This document shows positions 8,772 through 18,350 of a stretch of 27,950 nucleotides of DNA, piece by piece (position 1 is the first letter of the stretch; each line of letters starts with the position of its first letter). Source of the stretch: a virus (lineage: Duplodnaviria > Caudoviricetes); the IMG/VR virus record IMGVR_UViG_3300037458_000735, positions 1 to 27,950 of that record; one strand, 5' to 3'. The notes under the pieces were generated by a model. That model saw nothing but the letters and a program-made list of their open reading frames with translations. It ran no database searches and was not told the DNA's origin. Both the position numbers and the translations under genes were made by a program.

Positions 8772-9089
8772 ATGGACCGTGCCACGGCCTTGGCCGCTCA
8801 CCACGCCGCCCCCTTCGAGGCGGCCGGCGTGGTGGGCACCTATACCCCGGTCTCTGGGACCGCCTATGCCGTCCCCGTGGTGCCCCGCTACGGCGCCCAG
8901 CGGGTGGACGCGCAGGGCTTCCTGGTCCGGCGCGACCTGATCCATGTCCTGCGTGCCGACCTGCTGGCCGAGCCCGCCCAAGGTGACCGCCTGACCATCG
9001 ATGGCGTTGTCCACGAAGTCGATGCCTGGGAGGAGGCCGGCAATGGCGCCCGCCGGGTGCTGACCGTGCGCCGCCTCTATGCTCCCTGA
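8772..9089 (+). CDS. Head-tail connector/closure protein (FII-like)
   Basis: 105 aa with PAQGDRLTIDGVVHEV, directly after the capsid gene. Confidence 0.65.
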   Translation: MDRATALAAHHAAPFEAAGVVGTYTPVSGTAYAVPVVPRYGAQRVDAQGFLVRRDLIHVLRADLLAEPAQGDRLTIDGVVHEVDAWEEAGNGARRVLTVRRLYAP

Positions 9090-9510
9090 AGAGTCGATGC
9101 CAATGGAAGATCAGACCGCGTGTCTCAAAGCCCGTCTCGATGCCGTCGACGGCAAGGTCGAGCGTGTCCTGGATGTCGTCATCGCGACCCAGAACAACCT
9201 ACTGGCGCGTGTGGAAGGGCTCTGTGCCTGGAAAGACGAGCACGAATCCGCCAGTCGCGAGTTGTTATCCATGACCGACGACATCAAGGATATGCGGGAA
9301 AAACTGACGGATCTCCTTGTCTGGAAACAGGATCACGATAACTCCGGCCGCGAGTTGCTTGCCATGACCGCGGATCTGCGGCACCTGGTTGCGGCCAAGC
9401 ACTGGGCCAATGCGACGCACCGCGTGGCGCTGTGGGTCATCGGAATCATCGTCGCGTTCTCCACCGCCTGGGTCTGGGTCAAGGCCCTGCTGGGCGGGCC
9501 GCGACCCTAA
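9079..9510 (+). CDS. Coiled-coil protein with a C-terminal TM helix (lysis/holin-associated?)
   Basis: Heptad-rich N-terminus, hydrophobic VALWVIGIIVAFSTAWVWV, adjacent to a holin-like gene. The start may be 9097 or 9103. Confidence 0.55.
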   Translation: MLPEESMPMEDQTACLKARLDAVDGKVERVLDVVIATQNNLLARVEGLCAWKDEHESASRELLSMTDDIKDMREKLTDLLVWKQDHDNSGRELLAMTADLRHLVAAKHWANATHRVALWVIGIIVAFSTAWVWVKALLGGPRP

Positions 9511-9549
9511 GCCGTCATTACCGTCATACCCCTCACTGGAGTGCAAGCC

Positions 9550-9717
9550 ATGCGACAGTATCTTCTTGATCGCCTGAAAGAACCATCGACATGGCGCGGA
9601 ATCGTCGCCTTTGTGACGGCTGCTGGCTTGGTCCTGAGTCCGGATCAGCAAGCCGCCATCGTCGCCGCCGGCTTGGCCATCATCGGGGCCATCGGGGCCT
9701 TTCTTCCCGATGCCTGA
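9550..9717 (+). CDS. Putative holin (55 aa, 2 TM; not in the supplied ORF track)
   Basis: Translated by hand: MRQYLLDRLKEPSTWRGIVAFVTAAGLVLSPDQQAAIVAAGLAIIGAIGAFLPDA. GGAG RBS present; RLKEPSTW plus two hydrophobic helices. Confidence 0.75.
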   Translation: MRQYLLDRLKEPSTWRGIVAFVTAAGLVLSPDQQAAIVAAGLAIIGAIGAFLPDA

Positions 9718-10183
9718 TCCGATCCCGGCCGCGCCCATCGAACAGGCCGTGGTGGACTATCTGGCCGCGGTCCTGGGGCGCATTGCCACGGCCAACGGCT
9801 ACCGCACCGCGGCAGGCAGCGCGGTGTGGACAGACGAGCCAGAGTTCGCCCCGGAGGGGGCGACCACGGACCGCGTGCGCCTGCTTCTGGTCGACGAAGA
9901 CATCGCCCCCCGCGGGGCCCACGCCTACACCCTGACCCTGCGCATCCTCGCACGGACCTACGCCGACCGCGAACACACCGCCTATCCGCGGCGCCAGGCC
10001 CGCGCGGTCCTGGCCGACATCCGCCAGGCCATGGACACCATCGACCTGATGGACGCCGACGCGCCGGTCGGGGTCGAGGCCGTGCGCTTCGGCGGCTCGC
10101 GCATCCCAGAGCGGGAGCTCGGCGACAACTGGCTTTGGCCGGAGGCTACCTACACCATCGACTTCAGCCAACGCGCTCCTTAA
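9710..10183 (+). CDS. Tail terminator/completion protein
   Basis: LGRIATANGYRTAAG motif typical of siphophage tail-completion proteins, placed before the major tail gene. Confidence 0.65.
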   Translation: MPDPIPAAPIEQAVVDYLAAVLGRIATANGYRTAAGSAVWTDEPEFAPEGATTDRVRLLLVDEDIAPRGAHAYTLTLRILARTYADREHTAYPRRQARAVLADIRQAMDTIDLMDADAPVGVEAVRFGGSRIPERELGDNWLWPEATYTIDFSQRAP

Positions 10184-10219
10184 CCCAGTTTCTTCCAACG
10201 CCCCATCGGAGATCATCCC

Positions 10220-11323
10220 ATGTCCGGTTACAAGTACCTCGTTGACCCCCGCGTCGACATCCACGAGCCCGATGCCAGCGGCGCCGACATGCCCGCAGGT
10301 TTCTCGACCAAGCTCAACCCAACCTCCATCACCTTCGAGCCCCAGGCCCCGGACGTGCAGGAGCGTATCTCCCACATGACCGACAACGAGGGCGCTGTCC
10401 TCGATGCCGACTACACCCCCAAGCCCCAAAAGCTCAGCCTGACGGTCGACGACCTCAAGGACGGCAACGACTCCATCCGCCTGTTCGCTGCCGCCTTCTC
10501 CGGCCGCGAGGTCTCCGTCGCCCAGGCGGCTGCCACCAAGGCCCCGTTCTCGGTCGCCGTCAAAGGCATTGGGCGGGGCTACTTCATGGGCCGGCGCAAC
10601 CTCAAGAGCACCGGGACCGTGGTCCACAAGCGCGTGGCGGCTCTGGTCGGCGGTGTCACCGAAGGCCAGGCGACCAGCGGCAACGGCACCACCCTGACCA
10701 TGACCGGGGCCGGGTGGACGGTAGATGACCTGATCACCAAGGCCAAATGCTTTATCTATGCCGGCACCGGCGCCGGGCAGATCGTTGCCATCACCGACAA
10801 CACCGCCGATACCATCACCGCCACCTTCAGTCCGGCGCTCGATGCCACCTCCAAGTTCCGCTTGGTCGCGCCCACGGCGCTGACCGCCGGTACCGATTAC
10901 ACGGTGGACACGGCCGAGGGCGAGCTGCGCGCCTTGGCGGGCGGTGCGGTGGCCGTGGACGACGTACTCGACGGCTACAGCGACTGCTATGCCATCGCCG
11001 GCACCGGCATTCAAGGCGCCGTCAAGGCTGTCCTGCACGCCTCCATCGCCGGCAAGGCCAAGAACAAGATCAGCGGTCAGCGCGGGGCCCTGTTCATCCC
11101 CAACCTGGTCGCCACCGCCACCGACAACGTCGAGCTGATCGGCGAACCGTTCTTGGCGACCAAGCTCTCGGGCTCGCCCCAGGTACCGACCCGCGCCCTG
11201 CTCGAGGCCCTCGGCTGGGAGTCCATGGTCGATGCCGACGGTAACAACCTGTGGGGGACCGATCCGCTCAACCCCACGGTGCCCTACCTGTTCGTCATCG
11301 GCGAGACCTACGCCACGGCCTAA
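10220..11323 (+). CDS. Major tail (tube) protein with an inserted beta-domain
   Basis: GGAG RBS, position in the tail module and the LTAGTDYTVDTAEGELRAL motif. A Gly/Thr-rich insertion (GQATSG...AGTGAGQIVAITDNT) is present. Confidence 0.7.
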   Translation: MSGYKYLVDPRVDIHEPDASGADMPAGFSTKLNPTSITFEPQAPDVQERISHMTDNEGAVLDADYTPKPQKLSLTVDDLKDGNDSIRLFAAAFSGREVSVAQAAATKAPFSVAVKGIGRGYFMGRRNLKSTGTVVHKRVAALVGGVTEGQATSGNGTTLTMTGAGWTVDDLITKAKCFIYAGTGAGQIVAITDNTADTITATFSPALDATSKFRLVAPTALTAGTDYTVDTAEGELRALAGGAVAVDDVLDGYSDCYAIAGTGIQGAVKAVLHASIAGKAKNKISGQRGALFIPNLVATATDNVELIGEPFLATKLSGSPQVPTRALLEALGWESMVDADGNNLWGTDPLNPTVPYLFVIGETYATA

Positions 11324-11341
11324 CCGCGCCGCCCGCAGATC

Positions 11342-11749
11342 ATGACCAGCCCCGTCCTCACCCACCCAACCCTTGGGGCCATCGCGCTTCCGGCGGACTT
11401 AGACTGGCCGGATCGTTACGGTCATAGCCCGGTGGTACAAACGGTGGCCACCAGTCTGACCGGGGCCGCGGTGGTGGAGACCTGGGAGCGGGTCGCCTGG
11501 CGGGCGATCACACTCGCCAGCGGGCCCGATCATGGGTGGGTGCCGACGCCGACGGTCGAGGCCCTCGCGGCCGCCTGGGCCGCGGGCGATGTCCCCATGG
11601 CCCTCGCCCTGGAGGGGCATACCTACGCGGTCCTCTGGGACCGCTCCGGGGGCGGCTTCCAGGCCGAGCCGCTCAAGCACCGCCCACTGGATGCCCGCCT
11701 CAGTAGCGACTGGTGGCGGGTCACCTTACCCCTGCGCGAGGTCGGCTGA
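11342..11749 (+). CDS. Minor tail protein (distal-tail-like, B3-type)
   Basis: LPADLDWPD...SPVVQ....SLTGAAVVE......RAITL pattern recalled from B3-like siphophage tail-tip genes. Confidence 0.6.
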   Translation: MTSPVLTHPTLGAIALPADLDWPDRYGHSPVVQTVATSLTGAAVVETWERVAWRAITLASGPDHGWVPTPTVEALAAAWAAGDVPMALALEGHTYAVLWDRSGGGFQAEPLKHRPLDARLSSDWWRVTLPLREVG

Positions 11750-11751
11750 CC

Positions 11752-12306
11752 ATGGTCAAAGGATCGGCGAGTGCCGACTTGCGGCGGGTTGCCAAACGCA
11801 TCGAACAGCAGCCAGCGCGCATCCAACAGGCCGCCGACCTGGCCGTGGCCTCGGCCGCGCGCCATGGCCGCGCCCTGTTCGGCCGAAGTATCCGCGAGCT
11901 GGCGCCGCTGCCGGCGCGCTATGTGGGCGGCAAGCTGTATCGCCGCCCGGTGGATGCCGGAGCCTGGGAGATCGGCGCGCCGCGGCAGGTCGGTGTCCCC
12001 GGGGTGGTCTATCCGCACCGGCGCATCCCCGGCGGACGCCGTGGCAAGGGCTGGCGGGTGCAGGCACACCCCGGGGCCTGGACCGACTACCCGACCGCCT
12101 TTGCGATGACCAAGCCGCGCACCATGACCAAGTACGGGCCCCTGATCTTTCGCCGCGTCGGGTCCCAACGCCTGCCGATCAGCGTCCTGACCGAGCTGTC
12201 CGTCTCGGACCTGTTTGCAGAGGTGCAGGACGCCGTTGGGGCGCAGATCGAAATCTATCTTGGGGCCGAATTGGCCCGCCAAATCAAACGCCTGGAGCAA
12301 GCATGA
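11752..12306 (+). CDS. Minor tail protein, gpZ-like
   Basis: Basic 184-aa protein with IFRRVGSQRLPI..L...SV..LF, resembling tail completion protein Z. Confidence 0.6.
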   Translation: MVKGSASADLRRVAKRIEQQPARIQQAADLAVASAARHGRALFGRSIRELAPLPARYVGGKLYRRPVDAGAWEIGAPRQVGVPGVVYPHRRIPGGRRGKGWRVQAHPGAWTDYPTAFAMTKPRTMTKYGPLIFRRVGSQRLPISVLTELSVSDLFAEVQDAVGAQIEIYLGAELARQIKRLEQA

Positions 12307-12635
12307 ACATGCCGACGCATGAGCCGACCCTGGTACAGGTCGGCCCCGCCACCGTCACGGTGCGCACCCTCAGCATTGGAGAGATCCGCGCCTGGTTGCG
12401 CGAGCTGGGGGAACGCCCCAAGGACCAGGCGGTGGACCTGGTGGGGGAGACCTTGTTCGAGGACATCACACTGCGCGAGCTGACCTTGCTGACCGACTTA
12501 AGCCCCATCGGCCTGGAGGCGCTCACCCCAAACGACCTGGCCCCCCTGGTGACGGCCGTGCTCGCGGCCAATCCGCACTGGGCCGCTTGCAGGCGCCGCC
12601 TGGCCTCCCTTGGCAGTGCCCTGCCAAAGACTTAG
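12303..12635 (+). CDS. Tail assembly chaperone
   Basis: VTVRTLSIGEIRAWL...LEALTPNDL......ANPHW. It starts at an ATGA overlap and lies just before the tape measure gene. Confidence 0.7.
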   Translation: MNMPTHEPTLVQVGPATVTVRTLSIGEIRAWLRELGERPKDQAVDLVGETLFEDITLRELTLLTDLSPIGLEALTPNDLAPLVTAVLAANPHWAACRRRLASLGSALPKT

Positions 12636-12642
12636 GCGCTGG

Positions 12643-12831
12643 CTACCGCGGCCGCTCGCCGCGCGCCAGGCGGTCCCCGACAGCCCCCGGCATGGGCCGG
12701 ACGGCCCAGCGACGAGCAGCCAGCACAAAGGCGATGACCAGCACGCCGAACAACGCCCCGGCGCCCAGGTCGAGCCACAGGACGCCGCCCCACACGACCA
12801 ACAGGGTCACCAGATAAAGCCACCCAAGCAT
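12643..12831 (-). CDS. Small antisense membrane protein (moron-like)
   Basis: 62 aa with two hydrophobic stretches followed by RR. AGGAG lies 8 nt upstream of the ATG, and a TATACT -10-like hexamer lies at 12864-12869 on the minus strand. Confidence 0.6.
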   Translation of the reverse strand: MLGWLYLVTLLVVWGGVLWLDLGAGALFGVLVIAFVLAARRWAVRPMPGAVGDRLARGERPR

Positions 12832-12875
12832 CTGACACACTCCTGACCTAACTCTGCATCGCCAGTATACAGTCC

Positions 12876-15800
12876 ATGGAAAGTATTAGCCTCCGCCTCC
12901 AGGCCGCCTTCGAGGGCGCCGCCGCCTATACGCAGGCATCCAATGCCTTGCGCGGTCTGGCCGCGGAGACCGACCAGGCGGAGCGCGGGATTGCCCAGCT
13001 CGACGCCCAGGGGCGGCAGATCCAGGGCCTGATCCAGCTCGAGGCGCGGCTCGAAGCCAGCCGGGGGGCCATGGAGCAGGCTCGGCGCGAGGTGGACTTC
13101 CTGCGCCGCGGCATGGAGCAGGCTGGCCCCCAGGGGGCCGCCCTCTTCAGCGCCGATCTGGCCAAGGCCATCGGCACGGTGCAGCGCTTGGGCACTGCGC
13201 AGACGAAGCTGACGACCGAGATCGCCGCCAGTCGCGAGTCCCTCAAGACGGCGGGCATCGCGGTTGACCGCCTGGCCGACGAGCAGGCGCGCCTGGCCCG
13301 GGAGACCGACACCGCCAAGGCGGCCTTGCTGCGCCAGACCGAGGCCCTGACCGAGGCGGCCAGGAAGCAACAGGCCCTGGCGGACATCGAAGACCGCCTT
13401 TCGCGCAGCCTGGCCAATGCCGCCAACCTCACCCGGGTGGCCGATGCCGCCACTGGGTTGGGGCGTGCGCTCGGGCAGACAGGTTTTGGCCTCCAGGAGG
13501 TTGTCGGCAAGGCCATCGCCTTCGAGTCGGCCATGGCCGACGTGCGCAAGGTGGTGGACACAAGCCCAGAGCGCTTTGCCGCCCTGACCGCCGACATCCG
13601 CGCCCTGGGGCGGGAGCTGCCCTTGACGGCCGTCGAGCTGGCCCAGATCGCCGCGGCCGGCGGACAACTCGGCATTGCCGCGGACCAGCTTGACGACTTC
13701 ACCCGGCTGGCCGCCAAGATGGGGATCAGCTTCGACCTCGGCGCGCAACAGGCCGGCGAGGCCCTGGCCAAACTCAGCAACGTATTCACCATCCCCATCC
13801 TGGAGGTGGAGCACTTAGGCGATGCCATCAATGCCTTGGGCAACACCACGGCGGCTCGCGAACGCGACATTGTCGATGTGCTCACCCGCATCGGCGGTAC
13901 GGCCAAGCAATTCGGGCTGACCGCGGAGCAGGCCGCGGCCCTGTCGGCCACCTTGCTCGCCATGGGGCGCCCGGCCGAGGTGGCCGCTACCGGCATCAAC
14001 GCCCTGCTCAGCAAGCTCCAGACCGCGGCCGTTCAGGGCGATACCTTCAAAGCCGCCTTGGTCCGCCTTGGGGTCCAGGCGGACACCCTGGCGCAACAGA
14101 TCGCCGCCAACCCCCAGCGCGCCCTGAGCGAATTTCTGGCCAAGCTCCAGCAGCTCGACAAACTCGCGCGTGCCGAGATCCTCACTCAGCTCTTTGGGGC
14201 CGAATACCAAGACGACCTGGCCCTGTTGCTCAATGGCCTGGGGCAATACGAGGCAGCCCTCAACAAGGTAGGCGATGGGGCGGCGAATGCCGGCGCCATG
14301 CAGCGGGAGTTCGAGGAACGGTCCAAGACGACCGAGAACCAGCTCAAGCTCCTGCGCAATGCCTTAGACGACCTGGCCGTTGGCCTCGGGACCGGACTAC
14401 TGCCACCGCTGCAGGCCGTGGCCGGTGCCTTGCGCGACTTTGCCGAGGCCGCGCCTGGGGTGGCCAGCGCCATCGGCGCGGCCGTGCTGGCCCTGGGGGC
14501 CCTGGGCATCGCGGCCGGGACGGTGGGCCGCGGCTTCGCCGTGGTCTCCGTTGCGCTGGCCGAGGTTGGGGCCGCCCTGGCCAGGTCCAGACTCATCGAA
14601 GCCGGGACTGGGGCCGCGCTCGCGCGCCTCGGCCTTGGGGCCACCGGGCTCGCAAGTGGTCTGACAGCGGCTGCTGGCGGTGCTGCCCTGCTGAGTGGCT
14701 ATGCCCTGGGGAAGACCTTCGGCGATTGGGCCTTTGGTGCTGATGAGGCGGCGGAGGCCGCCGCGCGCCTGGCCGAGACGCAGTCCCGCGTGGAGCAGAA
14801 GCTTGCCCTCGTGCGCGAGCAGACGGGGCTCGCCCTGCCGGACATGCAAGCCTTCAACAAGGCCGTGGAGGACGGAACCCTGTTCCTGTCCGAAATGACG
14901 GGGGAATGGACCCGGGTACCGCCGGAGGTCGTCAAGGCACGCGAGGAGCTGGAACGCCTCAAAGGTGGGCTCGCCGATCTCAAGGCCGAGGCGGGCACCG
15001 TGCCGGACTACCTGCGCGCCGCCTTCGCCGAGCTGGGCGAGGCGATTGGCCCGGCGTTCCGCGTCCCGCAACAAGAGATTTCGGCCGACCTGAAGCTGCT
15101 CAAGGTGGATGCAGGCGAGGCGGCGAACGGCATCCGCACCGAGTTTGCCACGATGGCACAAGCCTTCGACAACCTGGCCCTGCGCTCCGATGTCTCCGCC
15201 AGGACGGTCGGGCTCGCCGCCCGCACCCTGGCCGACCAGGCCAAGACCACCGAGGAGGCGCAAGCGGCCATGATCGCCATGGGCAACGCCTATGAAGCTG
15301 GCCGCCTGGAGGCGGAGGCATTCATTCCAGCCGCCGACAAGCTCAACAAGCTCCTGGCCGAAGGCTCGGTCCAGATCGCCGACGCGGCCCGCGAGGCCGC
15401 CGCAGGAATCGAACTTCAGATCCGGGCGAATGAACGCGCCCTGACCATTGACCAGGCCCGCCTGGCCTTGCAGAGCGACGAGACCGGGCGCCTGCGCGCC
15501 TTGGCCCTGGCCCGCGGCGACGAAACCAAGGCGGCCCAATACTCGCGCGACATGCTGCGCGATGAGGCCGCGGCCCTGGCCCTGGCCAGCGAGGCAAAGG
15601 GCCGCGATGCCGCCCTGCTCCAGGAGCGTGCCCGGCTGACGGAGATCGCCGCCCAGGCGACCGGGGGTTATACGGCCGAGGAGCGCGCCGCGGTCGATGC
15701 CATGCGGGACGCGGCGACCATGGCGGAGATCGAGTCGGAGCGCATGGCCGTCAACGCGGAGGCCAAGCGCGACGCGGCGCGGGCCGCGATGGAGCTGGAT

Positions 15801-16367
15801 GAGCGCAACCGGCGGCTCGGCGATGCCTTCGATGCGGCCGGCGTCAAGGGCGTCAAGGCCATGCAGGACATCAGCAGCGCCGTCTCGCGGGCCGCTACGG
15901 GGCCGGAGCTTGAGGCCCTGCGTGATGGGCTGGAGGCGGCGATTCAGGCGGGCGTCGATAAGGCAGGGGATCTGTCGGCGGCGCTCGCCGAGGTCGAGGC
16001 CAAGATGGACAAGCTCAACAAGGTGAGTCGCACGGCGACCACCACCTATGAGCAGATCTACGCGCAGTATGGCACCGACATTGGGCGGTACCAAAAATCC
16101 GCTTTCCAGGGGCTTGGACCAGGATCAGGTCCACAAGTCGAGAAAGAAATCGCGGCGTATGTCGAGTGGCTCAAGGCCAATAAAGGCTATGGGGCCAAGC
16201 CCGCGGCCACCACCAACCAACCCCAGCAAAGCCAAACCACCACTGTTAAAACCGTCCGCGTGGAATTGGCCAGCTTCGGCAAGCCCAGCACCACCGTCAA
16301 CGTTGTCGCGGGCCAAGAGACCGCGCTGCTGGACGCCCTGCGCAAGGCTGGCTTGTCCACTCGTTAA
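12876..16367 (+). CDS. Tape measure protein (TP901-type core)
   Basis: 1163 aa, Ala-rich and helical. AIAFESAMADVRKVV...ELAQIAAAGGQLGI...LGDAINALGN core. Confidence 0.95.
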   Translation: MESISLRLQAAFEGAAAYTQASNALRGLAAETDQAERGIAQLDAQGRQIQGLIQLEARLEASRGAMEQARREVDFLRRGMEQAGPQGAALFSADLAKAIGTVQRLGTAQTKLTTEIAASRESLKTAGIAVDRLADEQARLARETDTAKAALLRQTEALTEAARKQQALADIEDRLSRSLANAANLTRVADAATGLGRALGQTGFGLQEVVGKAIAFESAMADVRKVVDTSPERFAALTADIRALGRELPLTAVELAQIAAAGGQLGIAADQLDDFTRLAAKMGISFDLGAQQAGEALAKLSNVFTIPILEVEHLGDAINALGNTTAARERDIVDVLTRIGGTAKQFGLTAEQAAALSATLLAMGRPAEVAATGINALLSKLQTAAVQGDTFKAALVRLGVQADTLAQQIAANPQRALSEFLAKLQQLDKLARAEILTQLFGAEYQDDLALLLNGLGQYEAALNKVGDGAANAGAMQREFEERSKTTENQLKLLRNALDDLAVGLGTGLLPPLQAVAGALRDFAEAAPGVASAIGAAVLALGALGIAAGTVGRGFAVVSVALAEVGAALARSRLIEAGTGAALARLGLGATGLASGLTAAAGGAALLSGYALGKTFGDWAFGADEAAEAAARLAETQSRVEQKLALVREQTGLALPDMQAFNKAVEDGTLFLSEMTGEWTRVPPEVVKAREELERLKGGLADLKAEAGTVPDYLRAAFAELGEAIGPAFRVPQQEISADLKLLKVDAGEAANGIRTEFATMAQAFDNLALRSDVSARTVGLAARTLADQAKTTEEAQAAMIAMGNAYEAGRLEAEAFIPAADKLNKLLAEGSVQIADAAREAAAGIELQIRANERALTIDQARLALQSDETGRLRALALARGDETKAAQYSRDMLRDEAAALALASEAKGRDAALLQERARLTEIAAQATGGYTAEERAAVDAMRDAATMAEIESERMAVNAEAKRDAARAAMELDERNRRLGDAFDAAGVKGVKAMQDISSAVSRAATGPELEALRDGLEAAIQAGVDKAGDLSAALAEVEAKMDKLNKVSRTATTTYEQIYAQYGTDIGRYQKSAFQGLGPGSGPQVEKEIAAYVEWLKANKGYGAKPAATTNQPQQSQTTTVKTVRVELASFGKPSTTVNVVAGQETALLDALRKAGLSTR

Positions 16368-16384
16368 CCGAGAGCACAGAGACT

Positions 16385-18349
16385 ATGCCAATCACCGCCG
16401 ATACCCTGCGCTGGTATCAATCCGAGCGCATGACAGACGAGGACGATGGCGGAGGCCAGATGACCGGCGTCGAGATCATCCCGGGCGACGAAAACCAGAT
16501 CTTCGATGACCTGTCCGACGTGGACAGGGCCGCGGGCGATGTCAGCCTGCGCAAGGTCTATGCCGCCGTGGCCAGCGGGGATGACGACAAGTATCTCGAC
16601 GCCGGTGTGGTCGTCTTCCGCGCCCCGGCTGACCCCGACGTGTCCGTGACAATCTTCAGCACGGGCAGTTACTACGACGAGCGGCTGGCCCTGCAAACCA
16701 GCATGGAGTCGCAGGTCGTCAAAGGGGGCATCTACCCCGGCTATCTGTGGGGCGACCATATCGTTGGGCTCAGGGCGGTGACGTTCTGGGCGCGCCTGAG
16801 CACCAAGGTCCCGGTGGCAGGGGATCGGTTCGCCTTGGAGAACCGCGTCAACGGGGCCCTCTCAGGGTCGCAGTTCGTGTGGGTTACGCGGGTGACAGAG
16901 CAGGTGGTTGATCGTGTGGACCAACAGCGGGGGCAATACCAAGTGCGCCTGATAACCTGCGAGATCGCCGAACCCCTGCGCTACGAGTTCAAGGGGCTCG
17001 AACCGACATACCACGACCCCACGACCGTCAGCACCAATGGCACCCTGACCTTTGAGACCCGGTACAACCCGGATTCGGTCGCCATCACCGGCATCGCGCC
17101 CCTGGCAGTGGCCGCGGAGGTGGGCGACTACACCGTCCAGGTAGACAGCATTTACTCGCCGCTGATCCCGACCGCATTCGCCGAAACAGCGATCCCAGAC
17201 GCCAACCCCGGCGGAGGGGCCGCAGCATTGGTCTCGGCCGGCGATGACGACGCCACCATCACCTGGACTACCACCCTTGATGCTATCAAGCCCGGGGCCT
17301 CGCTATTCGCTGGCGGGCCCGTGCTGCCAGGAACACTTAGCATCACCGTGTCCGGATCGGCCATCACGGACCAGGGCGGGGTGCTGCTGATGTCCGGGAC
17401 CGACATCGGCGCCATCGACTACGGAAACGGGGTCATGGTCTGGAACAGTGCCTGCCCAGCGTTCAGCACGGCACTCAAGACAATCACCTATACCCCGGCC
17501 GCACAGCCGCTGCGCGTGGCGGATACCGCGCGCCTCTGGGTCACGCTGGAAAACCGGGGATTCGTCTGGGTGCTGACCCTTGCCCCCATTCCGGCTCGGA
17601 AGTCGCTCCGGGTCTCCTACCGCGCCAACAACGAGTGGTATACGCTGATCGAGCGAGGCGACGGTATCCTAAAAGGAGCAGATTCCAGTTATGGGTCAGG
17701 GACTTTGGTCTACGAAACCGGGACGGTGACGATCACGACCGGCGCACTACCGGACCCAGACTCCGAGATCCTCTTCGCCTGGGGGACCAACATCGCCTAC
17801 ACCGCCCGCGGGGGCTCCGCCGTCGATCCGCTGGTGGTGCGAGGGAAGACCGCGCATCCACAGGTGGCGCCATCGACGGTCAGCGTGACGTGGTCTGGCG
17901 GCAGCCTGACGGACGACGGGGCTGGGGTATTGACAGGGACCGGCGGAACCGGGACCATCGAGTATGCCTCAGGGGAATGGACCGTGACCCCCACCACCGT
18001 GCCAGCCAAGGGGACCGAATTCACGCTGGAATACGACTACGGGCCTGCACTGATCGAATTGTTCAGCCAAAACGAGCTCGTTCCAGACGGGTTCGGCAAT
18101 CTGAATCTGATGCTCGACAACCCGGTCCAGCCGCGATCGCTCAAGGTGAGCTTCACGGTGGGAAGGCCCGCAAGTGCGAGCATCAGTGCCGTGAGCGTCA
18201 GTCGCAAGGGGGAGGACAACGGATCTGGCGCCGTCATCATCCCGCTAGGGAACAACGGCACGGTCAACTACGCCACGGGGGAAGTCACGTTCAACCCCAC
18301 CACGACGGAAGATGTGGTGGTCCCGGTCTTTGGTCTAGTGGAGGTTTGA
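16385..18349 (+). CDS. Large tail-tip structural protein, N-terminal part (B3-like)
   Basis: SERMTDEDDGGGQMTG...FDDLSDVDRAAGDVSLRKVY and repeated DDGxGxL...GxIxYxxG units. Confidence 0.75.
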   Translation: MPITADTLRWYQSERMTDEDDGGGQMTGVEIIPGDENQIFDDLSDVDRAAGDVSLRKVYAAVASGDDDKYLDAGVVVFRAPADPDVSVTIFSTGSYYDERLALQTSMESQVVKGGIYPGYLWGDHIVGLRAVTFWARLSTKVPVAGDRFALENRVNGALSGSQFVWVTRVTEQVVDRVDQQRGQYQVRLITCEIAEPLRYEFKGLEPTYHDPTTVSTNGTLTFETRYNPDSVAITGIAPLAVAAEVGDYTVQVDSIYSPLIPTAFAETAIPDANPGGGAAALVSAGDDDATITWTTTLDAIKPGASLFAGGPVLPGTLSITVSGSAITDQGGVLLMSGTDIGAIDYGNGVMVWNSACPAFSTALKTITYTPAAQPLRVADTARLWVTLENRGFVWVLTLAPIPARKSLRVSYRANNEWYTLIERGDGILKGADSSYGSGTLVYETGTVTITTGALPDPDSEILFAWGTNIAYTARGGSAVDPLVVRGKTAHPQVAPSTVSVTWSGGSLTDDGAGVLTGTGGTGTIEYASGEWTVTPTTVPAKGTEFTLEYDYGPALIELFSQNELVPDGFGNLNLMLDNPVQPRSLKVSFTVGRPASASISAVSVSRKGEDNGSGAVIIPLGNNGTVNYATGEVTFNPTTTEDVVVPVFGLVEV

Positions 18350-18350
18350 C

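Noticed and set aside
12600-12875. Programmed G/GT-type frameshift in the tail chaperone
   Set aside because: No XXXYYYZ slippery heptamer is evident before the stop, and the downstream space is occupied by the antisense membrane ORF.
4542-16094. Long antisense ORFs (4542-6236, 5846-7312, 7574-8785, 9680-11365, 14397-16094) and the 5606 start for the protease
   Set aside because: These are shadow frames expected in high-GC coding DNA opposite or overlapping well-supported structural genes.
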